From Octopus bimaculoides (Eukaryota), in assembly GCF_001194135.2 (NCBI RefSeq), contig NC_068991.1, positions 17,238,444-17,302,443 of the forward strand: a stretch of 64,000 nucleotides of DNA, written 5' to 3'. The position numbers were made by a program, and so were the translations under genes. A model generated the notes under the pieces. The model had not been told where the DNA came from. It saw only the letters and a list, made by a program, of their open reading frames with translations, and did no database searches. Positions 1-14,125 of this stretch are shown one piece after another; the first letter of the stretch is position 1; the number at the start of each line of letters is the position of its first letter.

Positions 1-3000
1 AAATATAACTGCCAAATTTCCCTCACAATCTACAACCCTTTTGTTACTAATATCATGAGGCATTTTATTCAACACTCATCTATATATATAAATATCAGTA
101 AAATTCACTGTTATTCATTACTGTTTGAAGAGGTGTAATCCAACACATTTCATATTCCTTCATTCCATTTTGTATTTCTTTCATATAGATATCGTTGACA
201 TAGCTATAAATATTATTTTTCATTGAGTACTCTGAAAAATACCTTACTCTGCTAAGGAGGTCTGATAAAACTGAAATATGTCCATTGCTTTCACCAGCTG
301 GCTTTTATGATTAGACCTATTCTGTCTGCATTACCTTTTTCTAATAATTTTCTAATATATTCTCATAATTTCAAACTCATGGGAGAGAGCTGGAGCACTA
401 TCCCTTGATTTTTAGATATTTAGATATTTTTAGATATTTAGGGCATCCAGCTGTAGAAACTCTGCTAAATCAGATTGGAGCCTGGTGTAGCCATCTGGTT
501 CACCAGTCCTCAGTCAAATCGTCCAACCCATGCTAGCATGGAAAGCGGACGTTAAACGATGATGATGATGATGATAAAACACCTATAGAGGAAACTTTTG
601 TTTATTGATCATATAGATAATCTCAGTTAATTGGGGGGTTTTTAAGGTTTTTTTTCTTCTCAACTCTCCATATTGCATCACATTTGAGAGACCCTATCAC
701 ATCTATGTATATTTAGTATGTAAAACACTCTTTTGAGATTCTTTCTCCTTTTACACACACACAGAACAAGTAATTGTTTATTTGGTCATAATTCAAGATA
801 AACTGATTGCCAGTTATGCTTAAAAAATATTCATGATAATATCATTGGTAACTTAATAAACATTGAACTTTGAAAGTTTTCTAATGAAACATAGCACAAA
901 GGGATTGAAAGTAAACTCTAGATTGTGTACTCTAGTTTCGTTCTGTTTTTCAATGTAACATTCTTCTGTAGAGATTTCAAATTTTGCATGCTTTTCATAC
1001 TAACTTTTTGCCATTTGTACATAACTGTCTGGAAGCAAGTGACAAACAAAGCAGAGGAAGTATTTAAAGATAAAAAAAGTAAATTACATTAATTATAGAA
1101 AGTAATAATGCATCTTAACATTGTTTGTCTCGTAATTTCTAATACAGTTGTCTTTCTCTCTCTCTCTTTTTATCTTCTCTTCCCTCATTCTCTTTCTTTT
1201 CTTCTGTCTCTTCACCCTGTTTCTGTCTTTACTTCTCTCTTTGCCTTGTTGCTTTCCTCCTTCCCTCTCTTTGCTTCTGTCTCTTTTCTCCCTTTCTCTC
1301 TCTGTGTTTATCACCTTCCTCCTCCTCCTCTCTTCTTCCCCTCCTTTATCTCCCTGTCTATCTCAAAATACTTTACTTTTCTTCCTATAGCAAACCTTAT
1401 AGCAAATATTTCTTTAAAAAAATGCAAGAAAATTTTCTCCCACCATTGTAAATCACTCAAACTGGTTGTGAACTTCAGTTCTTAAAATATTCAATAAGCT
1501 AAAGAGACTCACTGCTTCTCAGATTGCATACTAGGGCAACATTTTAAGGTAAACTACCTTAAATTATTGCAAATTATTGCTGATTGGTGATGGATAGATG
1601 AACTGTGACACGCAAAATTGAATATATATCTTGCCCAGAGACACAATTAAATACAGATATATCTGATCCGAAGTTCAATATCTATGCAAGACAGTTTAGA
1701 TGTTTCACCATTAACAAAATATTTCAGGAATTGAAATCAATTCTTGATCCATTGTCAGTCTACAAGTGCCACTGTCATTTCTACCGTCATCACCATTTAC
1801 TATCGTCGTTATTCTTGCACAGACTTTTGTTGTCTACTCACTATATTATTACTAAATTCTTTCTGCATGTATTTTTGTTTCTCTTAATCTCTCAGTTAAT
1901 AGAAAATTGTTACCATTTACCATGCATTACCAATTATTGTCTGTGGCAAGATGATTCCATTACACATAGTTAAAGAAGTGTCAGTACCTTATAGTCAAAG
2001 ATATGGACAGTATTTACAAGATGTCAATTAGGCCAATGCATTTCGATGAGCTTGAAAAGGAAGCTCAGTCTGTTCAGTATAACTTAAGCTTGTGTTGTTT
2101 TTGTAGAGCTATGGGTCACACCCAATTACCATCTAGTTTTTTATTTTTTTATGTAGGACATTACCTAATGTAGTAACCATTTTTGTTAATGTAGTAAGGT
2201 GTGGTTTCAATGATGTTTAGCGAAATTCAAGCTGGTTGATAAATAATTAGAAACATCCTCATTGGCTCATTTTTTTTAAAAGCATAATTTAGGATAATAG
2301 CAAAATTTAAGACTCTTTCAGTGTGTTAATTTTCATGTACAGAACTTGTGATGGTTTTAGTTATTTAGAGGTACACTGGAACAATTTTTTTCTCTTGGAG
2401 GGGTTGGGCTAAGCTAATGCAACTGAGAAAGGCATGTCATATTGTCTCATTTTCCCTTATTTTAATAAATCTTGAGAAGGAGAGTACATAAGTTGATAGA
2501 TTAACTATTCATTTCATATCTTGCTTGTTGATTAACTTGTTCATTGTCTGGTGTACAGTGTTGGCCAAGACATTTGTAATGGCTCAGTTTGATTGGGTGA
2601 AAAACCGTAGAGTGGTACATGTATAACTCAGCTATAAAATGTTCCCTTCTACCAAACTATAAATAGTTAACACAGGTTGAGAGCAGCTCAAAACTGTACA
2701 TAGTGACAGTACTCTAAAATAACGAGTCCTTTCAATACAGAATCCAAGTCCTCCAGAGGGAATATTGTTTAGGAAATGTACTCTGAGCAGCTGATAACTT
2801 AACCGGGATTCACAATAGGTCTTAAGTAGTTTTTAAGCTGGTTGTGGGCCTCAGCATATACCTTGAACATTATGTAAATAATTTTTTTATTTTTGTGCTT
2901 TAATTTGTAAAATAATCAAATTTTGAAGGAAATAGTAGTTTCCTTTGATTTCTAGATAGAAGCAAAGAGGAAATAACACTTGCTGACCAAAGAAAAAAAT

Positions 3001-3496
3001 AAAAATAAAAATTTTGTTACAGTGTAGTCTTTGTTCTCACTTATAATAATAGGCGGGGTAACGTTGAACTTGGCATTACATAACTCCTGTGGTATTATTT
3101 TCAGCGGGAGGGGGTCACTGGGCTTCTATGGTGGTGGTAGGGATGCATACTGTGATTTCTTTAGCTGTGATCCCACAGTTTGTCTTGACCATCATTGACT
3201 ACAAAACAATGCATAAGGAATAAAAGTAACTGTTAGTACAAATGCATATGGTAGGAAATCACGAACTAAACTAATATTCTGTGTTTCATATCTTATTACC
3301 TGTATCACATTTTGTCCACAGTAATACCTAAAACTCTTAGTTCAATTTCAGTTAATCATAAAATGTAGGTGCAGCATGAATGTACCTCTACTCTGGTAGG
3401 TTTGAGAGTTTAAGTCCTGTGTAATTGGGTCACTGTAGCTCTTTTGTATTCCTTTTGTTGTATTTCTAATGAGATGCATTGTCTGTCTATTTACCA

Positions 3497-3706
3497 TTAA
3501 CCTTTTTGTTACCCTGTATGTGTTGTCATCTACAGCCTTTGTTTCAGTTTATTTGAAGGTAATGAAGAAATTAGTAACATAAACTGGTGTTTGGAAGATA
3601 GATTGTGAAATTTTGATGGAAGGTTTTTAATTTAGATAACTTTAAAATGGAATTTGCATCATACAAACTGGAGTGGTTTCAGATGGATCAGTAAAGGAAG
3701 GGTTAA
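3497..3706. mobile_element. piggyBac-type MITE family B
   Basis: TTAA-CCTTTTT...GAAGGG-TTAA; body similar to the 28383 and 59204 copies. Confidence 0.65.
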
Positions 3707-6114
3707 GTTTGAGAATATAACTTCAGGTACGGCCATGTGATTTAAGAAGTTTGGATCTAGGTTCAATTCAAGTGCATAGTACTTTGGACATTTTCTTCTT
3801 CGGTGTCAGGTTGACCACTACCATGTGAGCAGAAGCTGGTAGATGAAAACAGCAGAGGTCCAACACACACACAAAATGTGCATGGCTTCTTTGTTTACTA
3901 GTATTGCGTGAAAAACATGAATTAGACTTGATAAATATAGATTAAACTGATAAATACAGATTAATTTGATGCTCTAGCATGGTCACTGTTCAGTGGCAAA
4001 AATACAGCAAGGAATATAATCCAACATTCTGCCAATTCTGTTGTTCAACATAATGAGGGAGATCACAATGTGGATGCTTGATCTTTTAGAAATGGCAGAC
4101 AAATTATATTCTTTAGCCTTTAAAAAGAACACATTTGGATAATGTCTTCCTGGAAATACTATTGGGTAGATTAGCTTTGGTTGGACTATCTTTGGTCATA
4201 GGTCTGTTCAATCAGAGCTGACTTAGGTTTGAAACATCAAAACTATTTCTAATTCTTCTTCATCATCCTTTTGTGTCTACTTTCCATGCTGAAGCATGAG
4301 TTAGATGGTTCAACAGGTCAATGGACTACACTGTACGCACAATCTCAGTTTTGACAGGGTTTCTATAGTTGAATGCCCTTCTTAATACTTACAACTATTC
4401 AAAGAGTACTGGGTGCCTTTCTAATTAGAAGTGACCTCACAGTACTAATGAGGTCACCTCTAATTAGAAAATGATAATGGTTCCTCGTTTTGGCCAAAAG
4501 CATTGAGTTTCCACTATAGATAGTTCAGTGACACTCTCAGTATATTACTGGTACTTAGTTGAACTTGGAATGATGGAAGGCAGTGTTGACCCCATCAGAT
4601 TTTATACCCAGATGTAAAAGATAAGAAAATGCCCCAGAACATTTTTAGTCAAGGTTCTGTCAACTTACCATTTTTTATTATAAAATTCATTTTGACCAGG
4701 ACTAAGCTTATTCAACTTGGTTGATTTCAAAATTTGCTGTATAATATTTATACAGGTTAATTTTAATTTTGTACATTGGTACACTAGACCACAGATTTGT
4801 GAAAGAGAAAGAATAATCATTCAGTCGATACCATATCATGGCAGTTATTGGTTTTAACAGTCCCACTCCTTGCCACACAATCACTGAAAAACAAAAGGAA
4901 AGATTAACACTGCTAGGATCTGAACCTGGAGAAAAGACATGAAACAATATGCCGTTAGGAATTTAGTCTAAACTCATTTCTATGCATGTACTGCCTGCCC
5001 TTCATATAAACATCATAATACAGCATGTCTTACTATTCATTGGCACCACTGGCACTAACGGTTTATAATTACTTTCACCAACTGCATTCAGTTTACATGT
5101 TGATTTTTGTTTATTTTGAGTTTCGTTTTTAATGTTGATCTGTTTTAATGACGTTCTAGTCTTTTACAGTTAATACAAGTATGGTGTGCTGTTCATACTC
5201 CTCACTAGCACTTTTATAAATGATTGTCTGTGTTGTCACTTGAATCGATTATGGAGTATCTCTGTGGTTTCTTGATTGCTAGAAACAACAGTCAAATCTT
5301 CAACTCACACTCTACTTGAAAAATGCTACATTTTTTGAATAAAAAATTGAATGTTCATAGCTATAATGTTTTTGATCAGAATCCTACTGGTTCAGGACTA
5401 CCCTGGGGCTAACCAACAACAAAAAGAAAGGCTTTAGAAAAGTAATTTCATCAACAATTTCTCCTGGTGTGATAAAAGTAGTTTAATATGAAACCAGACT
5501 GTCAACCCAACTTGCCAAAAATCCGTCTAGCTACCTTTTTCGTAAGCCTTCTACTATTTGTAACCATTCAAATTATGTTATAAAGACAGGCTTTTCTCTT
5601 TAGGGCTAGAAAACACATTATTCCCCGACAACTACTAGCACTCTAAGAATATTTACTAGACTGCATCCAAAGAAAGGCTACTTAACTGATTGATATGGTG
5701 TCTTACACACATTTCTGGCTGAAGAAAAGTGCTGTCTTTTCTGCTTGGAGCTGGCTGATTTTTGTATGACTACCACTTGGGTACTCTAGACTGGGTTATC
5801 TTTCTTCCTTGTGTGTCCATTCCCCAGGGCCTGGCACTAACAGTTATGGCCAATCCTTCCTCTCTTGTGGATATCACCCGTCTGGAACTCCCATCCTGGA
5901 CACTTGTTTCTCTTTCAATTGTTAACTTATAATTATTTAAGAGGAATGTTAAATTAGGTTGAAGTCATCAGGCTCTTGGAGCCTATGAAAGTCATAGGCA
6001 CTACATCCTTCCTAATCCATTCCAGCATGGAAAACGGCTGATGATAGATACATGTATGTATGTGTGCATATGTATGCATGCATGTGTGCGTATGTATATA
6101 TATATATATGTGTG

Positions 6115-6333
6115 TGTGCCAGTACCGCCTGACTGGCCTTCGTGCCGGTGGCACGTAAAAGCATCCACTACACTATCGGAGTGGTTGGCGTTAAGAAGGG
6201 CATCCAGCTGTAGAAACTCTGCCAAATCAGATTGGAGCCTGGTGTAGCCATCTGGTTCACCAGTCCTCAGTCAAATCGTCCAACCCATGCTAGCATGGAA
6301 AGCGGACGTTAAATGATGATGATGATGATGATA
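6115..6333 (+). mobile_element. RTE-LINE 3' tail (5'-truncated)
   Basis: Near-identical tail block plus (GAT)n. Further copies at about 441-575, 17637-17940(-), 21398-21560(-), 32833-32986, 38580-38680(-), 43255-43590, 52580-53090, and older ones at 8810-9180 and 37190-37620(-). Confidence 0.85.
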
Positions 6334-6989
6334 TATCTCACTAACTTAGTTGTGATGATGATAATTTGGTTAACTCTTCATTGTAAACCACCTGAAACTA
6401 CATCTGATTCTTTGACAAAGATTGCATGTTTAGTATTCATATTTTAATTAAAATCCTCCATCATAGCTTCTTCTAAGAAACTTTTTATATTCCTAACATA
6501 ATGTCCTTTGTTTTTGTTTATTATTATTATTATTTAAAGATTTTCCAGTGTAATTTGTGGGTGATTTGGTTGCTTTTCTTCTAACAGCTCGCAGTAAAGT
6601 TACTGTGGCTGCTGTTAAAGTTGAAGATTAAGAACTGTCCTTAATCTTATTTGACTGTGTTCTAAAACATAAAAGATCTTTTATTACTAAACATCCCCTG
6701 TCAATAATGATGATAATAAATAATAATAGTACTAATAATGAGCTTAATGTTAACTCTCTCCACACACACACACACACACACACTCTCTCTCTCTACTGCA
6801 CATAGACACTGAAGCTGTGTGTGTGCGTGGTTTATTGTATTCATAGCCTCAGTCGTAATAATAATAATACTTTTATTTTTATCCATGTAGTTACTTAAGC
6901 AGCTTGGCTTTTGTAATTTTTTTTGACAATATTTTAGTAATCCTCTATCCCTAGTAGTTTCGGGGCATTTTGTGTATGTTTGTGAACAT

Positions 6990-7174
6990 GTATGTCTGTC
7001 TATACCAGAGAGAGAGAGAAACAGTCAGAGGTAAACTTAAGCAGACTCTTGTAGTCACCAAAAGTTTGTTGCCTGTCGATGGGTTAGGATGTTGTTGGAG
7101 TTCTGCTCCTGTATTGAGAGGCCTCCTGTTAAGCTTGAGCATCAAGTCCGGCTGGTCAGCTTCCACCATGAAAG
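6990..7174 (+). other. Candidate upstream (first) exon with Kozak-context ATG at 7168 and donor at 7175
   Basis: Non-repetitive, relatively GC-balanced segment after a (GA)n tract, ending ttCCACCATGAAAG|GTAGGC. The 5' boundary is a guess and the link to Pellino is unproven. Confidence 0.3.
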
Positions 7175-10100
7175 GTAGGCTAAACTGTGCTGCTGTTGTT
7201 ATGTTGTCAAGTACATACTTCTGCTTACTACAAGTCGTTACTCTCTTAATACTACACCTACTGTTTATTTTCAGAACAGTAGCTGAATTTTCTATGCATT
7301 GCTTGTGTATTGTTTCAGCGTGAGTGTATATTTAGTGTTCTATGTATTTGTGTATATGACAGCCACAAGGACTTATGAGAATTTCTTACCATCATATATA
7401 CATGTGTTAAGCAAAGAATATTGGTTTAGTTGACACTTGGTTCCATTGTTTTTCTTTTGTTTTTTCTGTTTGTTGATTTTATGTGCATTGCGTGCAAATT
7501 GATGCCTGGTTAATTATAAGGGCATTGCAACAAGCATAGAAGCTGTTTGCGTGAGCCCAGGTGAAGCTAAGAACAGGTGCAGATCTTAGTGGTAGTAGTA
7601 ACTATTCTGGCTGTAGAGAAGGATAGGAAATTTTTTTTTCTGTTATGTAGACAGTAAAAGATGTAATATTCAATGTGTGTTTCTGTACTTATGGACATAT
7701 ATATATATATATATACATGCTTGGGTGTATATGAATATTTATGTATAAACGATATATACAATTTATGCTTTTATATAACCAAGATGGTTCAGCGGCGGTT
7801 GTGTTAATTATGGTAATATGAAAAGAATCGTTAATAGCAGCTGTGTTTCACAGCTGAGTGCTTCTGCTAATACTGACAGCTTGGCTCAACTCTAAAATAG
7901 GAAAGTGAGAGAGAATGAGTGAATTAGGCACCCACCTGTGTTCTATTTCTTTGTGCTAAAAAGTAGTGAGAGAAATTGAATTTGAACCTTGGAATCTTTC
8001 GACCACTACTAACTAGTCCAAGATTTTAACCATTCATTCAATATTGTTTCTTGAAGAAATTAGCATCTTGTTTCATACTATTAATAGTTGTTAATGTCTA
8101 GGCCCCATTAAGCTTTGAATGAGTACCGATGATCAAAGGCCTTCCCCTTTATGACCACCCCCATTTCTTTCCAGACACTATGATTACATTATCAACTATT
8201 TTTTTTCTTTTAAGATGATATGGTATACTATGAAGCAGTTTTGAGCTGCCATTTCTAGCAGACTGAGTGGCTGTATAGGGGCTTCCACCCTCCTTTTTTT
8301 TGTGACACAAGGTTTATTTTTTTTATGAAGTGTGTGTAAAGTCAACCCAAGAGAAATAAGATAAAAGCTCCCTTCTACTGCATACACACATACCTCACTC
8401 TTTTTGTTCCCTATGATTTCAAGTGTTAATGTTTAATTGAGAGTGAGTGCAGTTTTTATCGATAATGGGATACAATCAAATCTCGTGTATTACTGGTATT
8501 TACTTGAGACAAAGGTAAAAATGACTGAAGCAAGGTTTGAACTATTAAAAAGTAGAAGGAAGAAGAAAAATAAAGAAATTACTGTTTCACGTATGCCCTA
8601 GGAGTTTGACTTTTCTTCACTAACTTAATAATTCTTTCAAATTTTGGTTGGTCAGCAATTTTAGTGGGTGGTGGCAGTTAGTTGATTATATTGACCTCAG
8701 TATTTGATTGGTACTTTATTTTATTGACCCTGAAATGGTTGACCTCAGCAGTAAACTAAGAATGTAAAGCGTTGCAAAAAATGCTGGTAAGCATTTTGTC
8801 TGACGCACTGTAAAAGGAGTAGACCCAGAAAGACATGGGACAAAGTGGTGAGAAATGATCTTTAAATGTTGAGCCTTACAGAGGAGATGATAAGGGACCT
8901 TGATTTGTGGCGGTTTGCTGTACTAGAGAAGATCAGTGTCCCTTTCTCAGATGGAGGGTCTTTGTCTTACATGCTACTTGGTGACCCTGCTGTTGCCACA
9001 TTAAAAAAAAGCACCTGTGCTGGTGCCACGTAAAAAGTACCCAGTACACTCTGTAAAGTGGTTGACATAAGGAAGAGCTTATAACCATAGGACCCATGCC
9101 AGAACAGACAAATGGAGCCTGATGTATTTCTCTGGCTTGCCAGTTTGGAAAATGAACATTGTGTGATGGTAATGATGATGCACTAATAATCCTGTCAGCT
9201 TGGTTAATAATAATAGTCAAACATCTGTTTTTCCATGCTAGCTTGGCTTTAATAGGGAGGTATATAAAGCAGGATTTTTATGGTCATATTCTCTTCCTAG
9301 GGGAAGAAATATCAACATCATCAGTTGTAGCTTGGCTACAAATGATTACATCACCATTTGTTGCTATGGTTCAGTGCAGATTATAAACTTTCACACACAT
9401 TTCTTGCAGCCTCTGTCTATTCAAATTTACTCACAAGATATTGGGGCCATGGTAGAAGATAACCACTCAGTGCCAGACAGTGGGACTGAACCTGAATCCG
9501 TGTGGTTGAAAGTGAACCCTTCAGCTACAATGCTATACATGAAATTTATGCATCGACACATACATGGGCACATTATGGCCAAACAATTAAAACCATGCTA
9601 AAACATACAGTGGAGCTTGTGGCAGTCCTCTGGCTTGTCAGCTCCTGTCAAGCTGTCCAACTTATGCCAGCATGGGAGACAGACATTAAATGATGGTGAA
9701 GATCAATTAAGACGTTTACCCTATAACCATGAAGTCCCAGACATGATCTTGCTGCACAGCAATGTGGGTAACAACAACTTCTTTTGTTTGTCACAGAGAT
9801 ATCAGATACGATAAGCATTACAAATTGTAAATTTTTGTGTAGTGGGGTTTACATAAAATCAGGTGTTTAATATGAGAGGGGGGGGAGACTTAAGATGGAA
9901 AGTATACAGTGTACAAAATATGTGAATACATGGATGATGCAGTTCTCCAACCAGATCCATTCAAGGAAATCCATAGATCCAAAATCATCTTTGACTACCA
10001 AAGGCACGAGTATTCACCCAACTGTTGTTCTCCAATTCAAAGATGCCATTCAGAGTAGTCCCTATTTTTGCCATAGTCACCTACTTCTTGATAATTTCAC

Positions 10101-11207
10101 TGGAAGAGAGCACCTCTCTCCATCCTCACTTGAATAATAATTATAATTTCAAATTTTGGCACAAGACCTGCAATTTCAAGGTGCTCAACTGGTACTTAAT
10201 TTATCAACCATGAAAGGTGAAGTCGACCCTGGGGGAAATTGAACTCAGAATGTTAGGACAGTCAAAATGCCACAAAGCATTTGCCTGATGTGCTAATGGA
10301 TTCAATAATCCTTTCTACGAAAAGCACAAAGCCTAAAATTTTTGGGGGTAGCGGCTTGTTGATTACACTGACCCCAGTGCTCAACTAATACTTATTTCAT
10401 TGACCCTGAAAGGATGACAGGCAAATTCAACCTTGGTAGCATTTGAACTGAGAGCATAAAGACAGATAAAATGCTGCTCAGCATTTTGTCAGGCATGCTA
10501 ACAATTCTGTCAACTCTAATCTCCTAATATAATAATGAGCGTAGTGTTTTTATATATTTGTGTATATATATATGTCCAGAATCACGCCGGATATGGAGGC
10601 AGAGAGAAAATAGTAATTCAGTGAAGGAGAAGTAGTGAGAGTAATAGCCCTGATTGAGAGGGAGTGAGAGAAAGGAAGGGGTGATGGATGAATAAGGAAG
10701 GAAGGAGTGAAAATCAGCTTTTCAGTTCTGTGTGAATATGTGTGTGTGTGTGTGTGTACAAAGGGAGTATGTGATTATTATGCACCTTATTTATATATAA
10801 AATACTACAATTAGACGTCATTTTTGACGGCACGTGGTCAGCTAATAATGATAATAATAGCAATATAAATGATTTATTCGATACAAGGATGTTGTATGAA
10901 AGGCACATTACAAAGATAGGTTACAAAGTGTGTGGAGGTTTATGTGAAACTGGGTGAAACGGGAGGGATGAAAGGAAAAGTATACCTAGTATGTATATCC
11001 ATGAGTACTTACATTGACATTATCAGAATGAAAGGTGTAGTTGGGGACTCAACAGGATTTGAAGTGAGGAATGTTGAGATGTACAACACTGCAAGCTGTT
11101 TTGCTTGATGCTCTACTGATTTTTATTATACACTACTGACTTAATACTTACTATGCTGATGATTACTTAAAGTAATACATGGTCACAAGATTTATATGGG
11201 AGGGGTA

Positions 11208-11419
11208 TACTCTATTACTTGTTTCAGTCATTTGACTGTGGCCATGCTGGAGCACCGCCTTTACTTGAACAAATCGACCCCAGGACTTATTCTTTGTAAG
11301 CCTAGTACTTATTCTATCGCTCTTTTGCCAAACCGCTAAGTTACGGGGGACGTAAACACATCAGCATCGGTTGTCAAGCGACGTTGGGGGGACAAACACA
11401 GACACACAAACACACACAC

Positions 11420-11457
<38 letters not shown>

Positions 11458-11620
11458 GACTGGCTTCTTTCAGTTTCCGTCTACCAAATCCACTCACAAG
11501 GCTTTGGTCGGCCTGAGGCTATAGTAGAAGACACTTGCCCAAGGTGCCACGTAGTGGGACTGAACCCAGAACCATGTGGTTGGTAAGCAAGCTACTTACC
11601 ACACGGCCACTCCTGCGCCT
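11208..11620 (-). mobile_element. SINE family 1 (tRNA-derived head, internal (TA)n/(CA)n), full length
   Basis: Minus-strand head ggcgcaggagTGGCCGTGTGGT...GGTTCAGTCCC (Pol III A/B-box-like), then accttgggcaagt (CORE-like, from memory), microsatellite, and tail ...gactgaaacaagtaa. Confidence 0.88.
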
Positions 11621-11764
11621 ATAGTTGATTTAATCTAATGTAGTCAATGATTGATACTTGTTTGTTGTAGTTTGAGCTTTACTTGTCTTTTATGTGGTAC
11701 CCATGAAAAATTTGTTATATTTTTGTTGTCCTTGTGACTAAATAAGATTATTATTAAAAATCAT

Positions 11765-11925
11765 TTGGCACAGGTATGACTGTGTGGTTAAGAAGTTTGC
11801 TTGTTAACCACATGGCTTCAAGTTCAGTCCTCTTGCATGGTACCTTGGGCAAGTGTCTTCTTTTGTGCCCTAGGCTGACGAGAGCCTTGTGAGTGGATTT
11901 GGTAGACTGAAACTGAAAGTAGCTT
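11765..11925 (+). mobile_element. SINE family 1 head, + strand
   Basis: ggcacaggtatgactgtgtggttaag...gagtggatttggtagac. Other + copies or fragments near 35520, 42267, 44355, 47735, 53225, 58005 and 62225. Confidence 0.8.
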
Positions 11926-11929
11926 GTTG

Positions 11930-12400
11930 TCATCATCATCATCATCATCATCGTTTGATGTCCGCTTTCCATGCTAGCATGGGTTGGACGATTTGACTGA
12001 GGACTGGCAAGCCAGAAGGCTGCACCAGGCTCCAATCTGATCTGGCAGAGTTTCTACAGCTGGATGCCCTTCCTAACGCCAAACACTCCAAGAGTGTAGT
12101 GGGTGCTTTTATGTGCCACCGGCTCGGGGGCCAGTCACATAGTACTGGCAACGGCCTTGCTCAAAAAGTATTTTTTTTTACGTGCCACCTGCATGGGAGC
12201 CAGTCCAGCGGCACTGGCAACGACCTCGCTCAAATGATTTTCTAAAGTGCTAGAAGACAACACTGGTAATGATTACACTCAATGGTGCTATTTACGGGCC
12301 ACTAGCACGCAAGCCAAACAGCTGCTCTAGCAATGAACACGCTCGGACAGTGCTGTTAGTGCTACACTGGCGCAGGTGCTAGTCATCGAATATGGTTCAA
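11930..12400 (-). mobile_element. RTE-LINE 3' UTR with VNTR, inserted against a SINE
   Basis: (CAT)n, tail block and VNTR units. Confidence 0.8.
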
Positions 12401-13467
12401 TTGCAATTTCGTTGTGTGTGTGGGTACTTGTCTCCTTGTCTTGACATGTGATAATTTTAAATGCATGACACTGTTGTAGAAGCAGTGTCTTTCGTTTCCA
12501 ATATTCTGTGAAAACATGTCTGGCTATATGGAAATATTTCCTTCTTTGGAAACTGGTATGGGTTGACAACATGAAAGGCATTGACCATAGAAAATCTGCC
12601 TCAATAATAAATAATAACAAAACCCATCTCACATGGAAAAGAGGATGTTAGGAAAATGGTGAGAATGGTGGATATTAAAATCAGTAGAACAACATTCTGA
12701 GATTGAATCCTGTCCTTACCAACTTTGGGATTGATAAAATAAATACTAATGAAATAATAGAAATTGATGTGGCTGTTCCTTCTTCTCACATTTCAGACTG
12801 TCAGTGTAAAATCATTAAGTGTGCAATTAGTATCATATAAGAGTCAATGCTGTTTAACTCCACCTCAGCTTTCATCCAGGTAACTGACCACCTATGCTCT
12901 GAGGTATTTCAGCTGTGACCTCCCCCACCACTTTTTTTTTTCTGTATTTAGGACTGTTATACAATGCCTCTTTTTTTTTTCTTTTTTAAATGTAGTATAA
13001 CTTGAGGGTGGTTTGGTTGTTATTTTTAGCCAGTTGAATGACTATACTGAGGCTCTGTCATTAGCTCATATTACATAGCTGCTATATCTTGGTACCAGAT
13101 CTGTCTAGCAACTTTTAGTTTTAGCAATAGTTCATCAATAATCTTGTATGTATTAATATATAGACATATACTGTATATGTATATAATACCCATTTATTCA
13201 GTATCATCAGTGTGTCTGTCCATACAGTAGCTGTTGTCAGAAAAAAGTGTTCACAGCTATTTACGGGTTCTGTTCAGCAGCTACGGGGTGTGAAGCCATT
13301 TGCCAGTTTGGTCTGGCAGCCATGATGTGGAAAGTGTTAATTTCATTGTTAGCTAAACTTTGTAGCCAGGAAAGTCAGCAACAGTTAGTAGTAGTAATAA
13401 TAATACTGAGCTGCCACATCTATCTCATTTGTGGTTTTGAGGGAAAAGATTACTAGCATTTAGGTAT

Positions 13468-13885
13468 TACTCTTTTACTTGTTTCAGTCATTTGACTGCG
13501 GCCATGCTGGAGCACCGCCTTTAGTCAAGCAAATCAACCCCAGGACTTATTCTTTGTAAGCTTAGTACTTATTCATTCTATCAGTCTCTTTTGCCGAACC
13601 GCTAAGTTACGAGGATGTAAACATACCAGCATCGGTTGTCAAGCGATGTTGGGGGACAAATACACACACACACACACACACACACANNNNNNNNNNNNNN
13701 NNNNNNNNNNNNNNNNNNNNNNNNNNNNNNNNNNNNNNNNNNNNNNNNNNNNNNNNNNNNNNNNNNNNNNNNNNNNNNNNNNNNNNNNNNNNNNNNNNNN
13801 NNNNNNNNNNNNNNNNNNNNNNNNNNNNNNNNNNNNNNNNNNNNNNNNNNNNNNNNNNNNNNNNNNNNNNNNNNNNNNNNNNNNN

Positions 13886-13932
<47 letters not shown>

Positions 13933-14125
13933 CACATATATACACACATACATATATATATATATACGACGGGCTTCTTCCAGTGTCCGTCTACCAAATC
14001 CACTCACAAGGCTTTGGTCGGTCCGAGGCTATAGTAGAAGACACTTGCCCAAGGTGCCACGCAGTGGGACTGAACCCAGAACCATGTGGTTGGTAAGCAA
14101 GCTACTTACCACACAGCCACTCCTG
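13468..14125 (-). mobile_element. SINE family 1, with an assembly gap in its internal (CA)n
   Basis: Same head and tail as the 11208 copy; N-run 13688-13885. Confidence 0.88.

Noticed and set aside
249-282. Hammerhead-like CTGCTAA...GAAATATGTC
   Set aside because: Two core substitutions, and stems I and II do not pair; at most a dead relic.
1093-1485. Overlapping ORFs rich in Leu/Ser/Phe or Arg/Glu/Lys
   Set aside because: Translations of a (CT)n-rich tract; the same artefact appears at 60636-61078.
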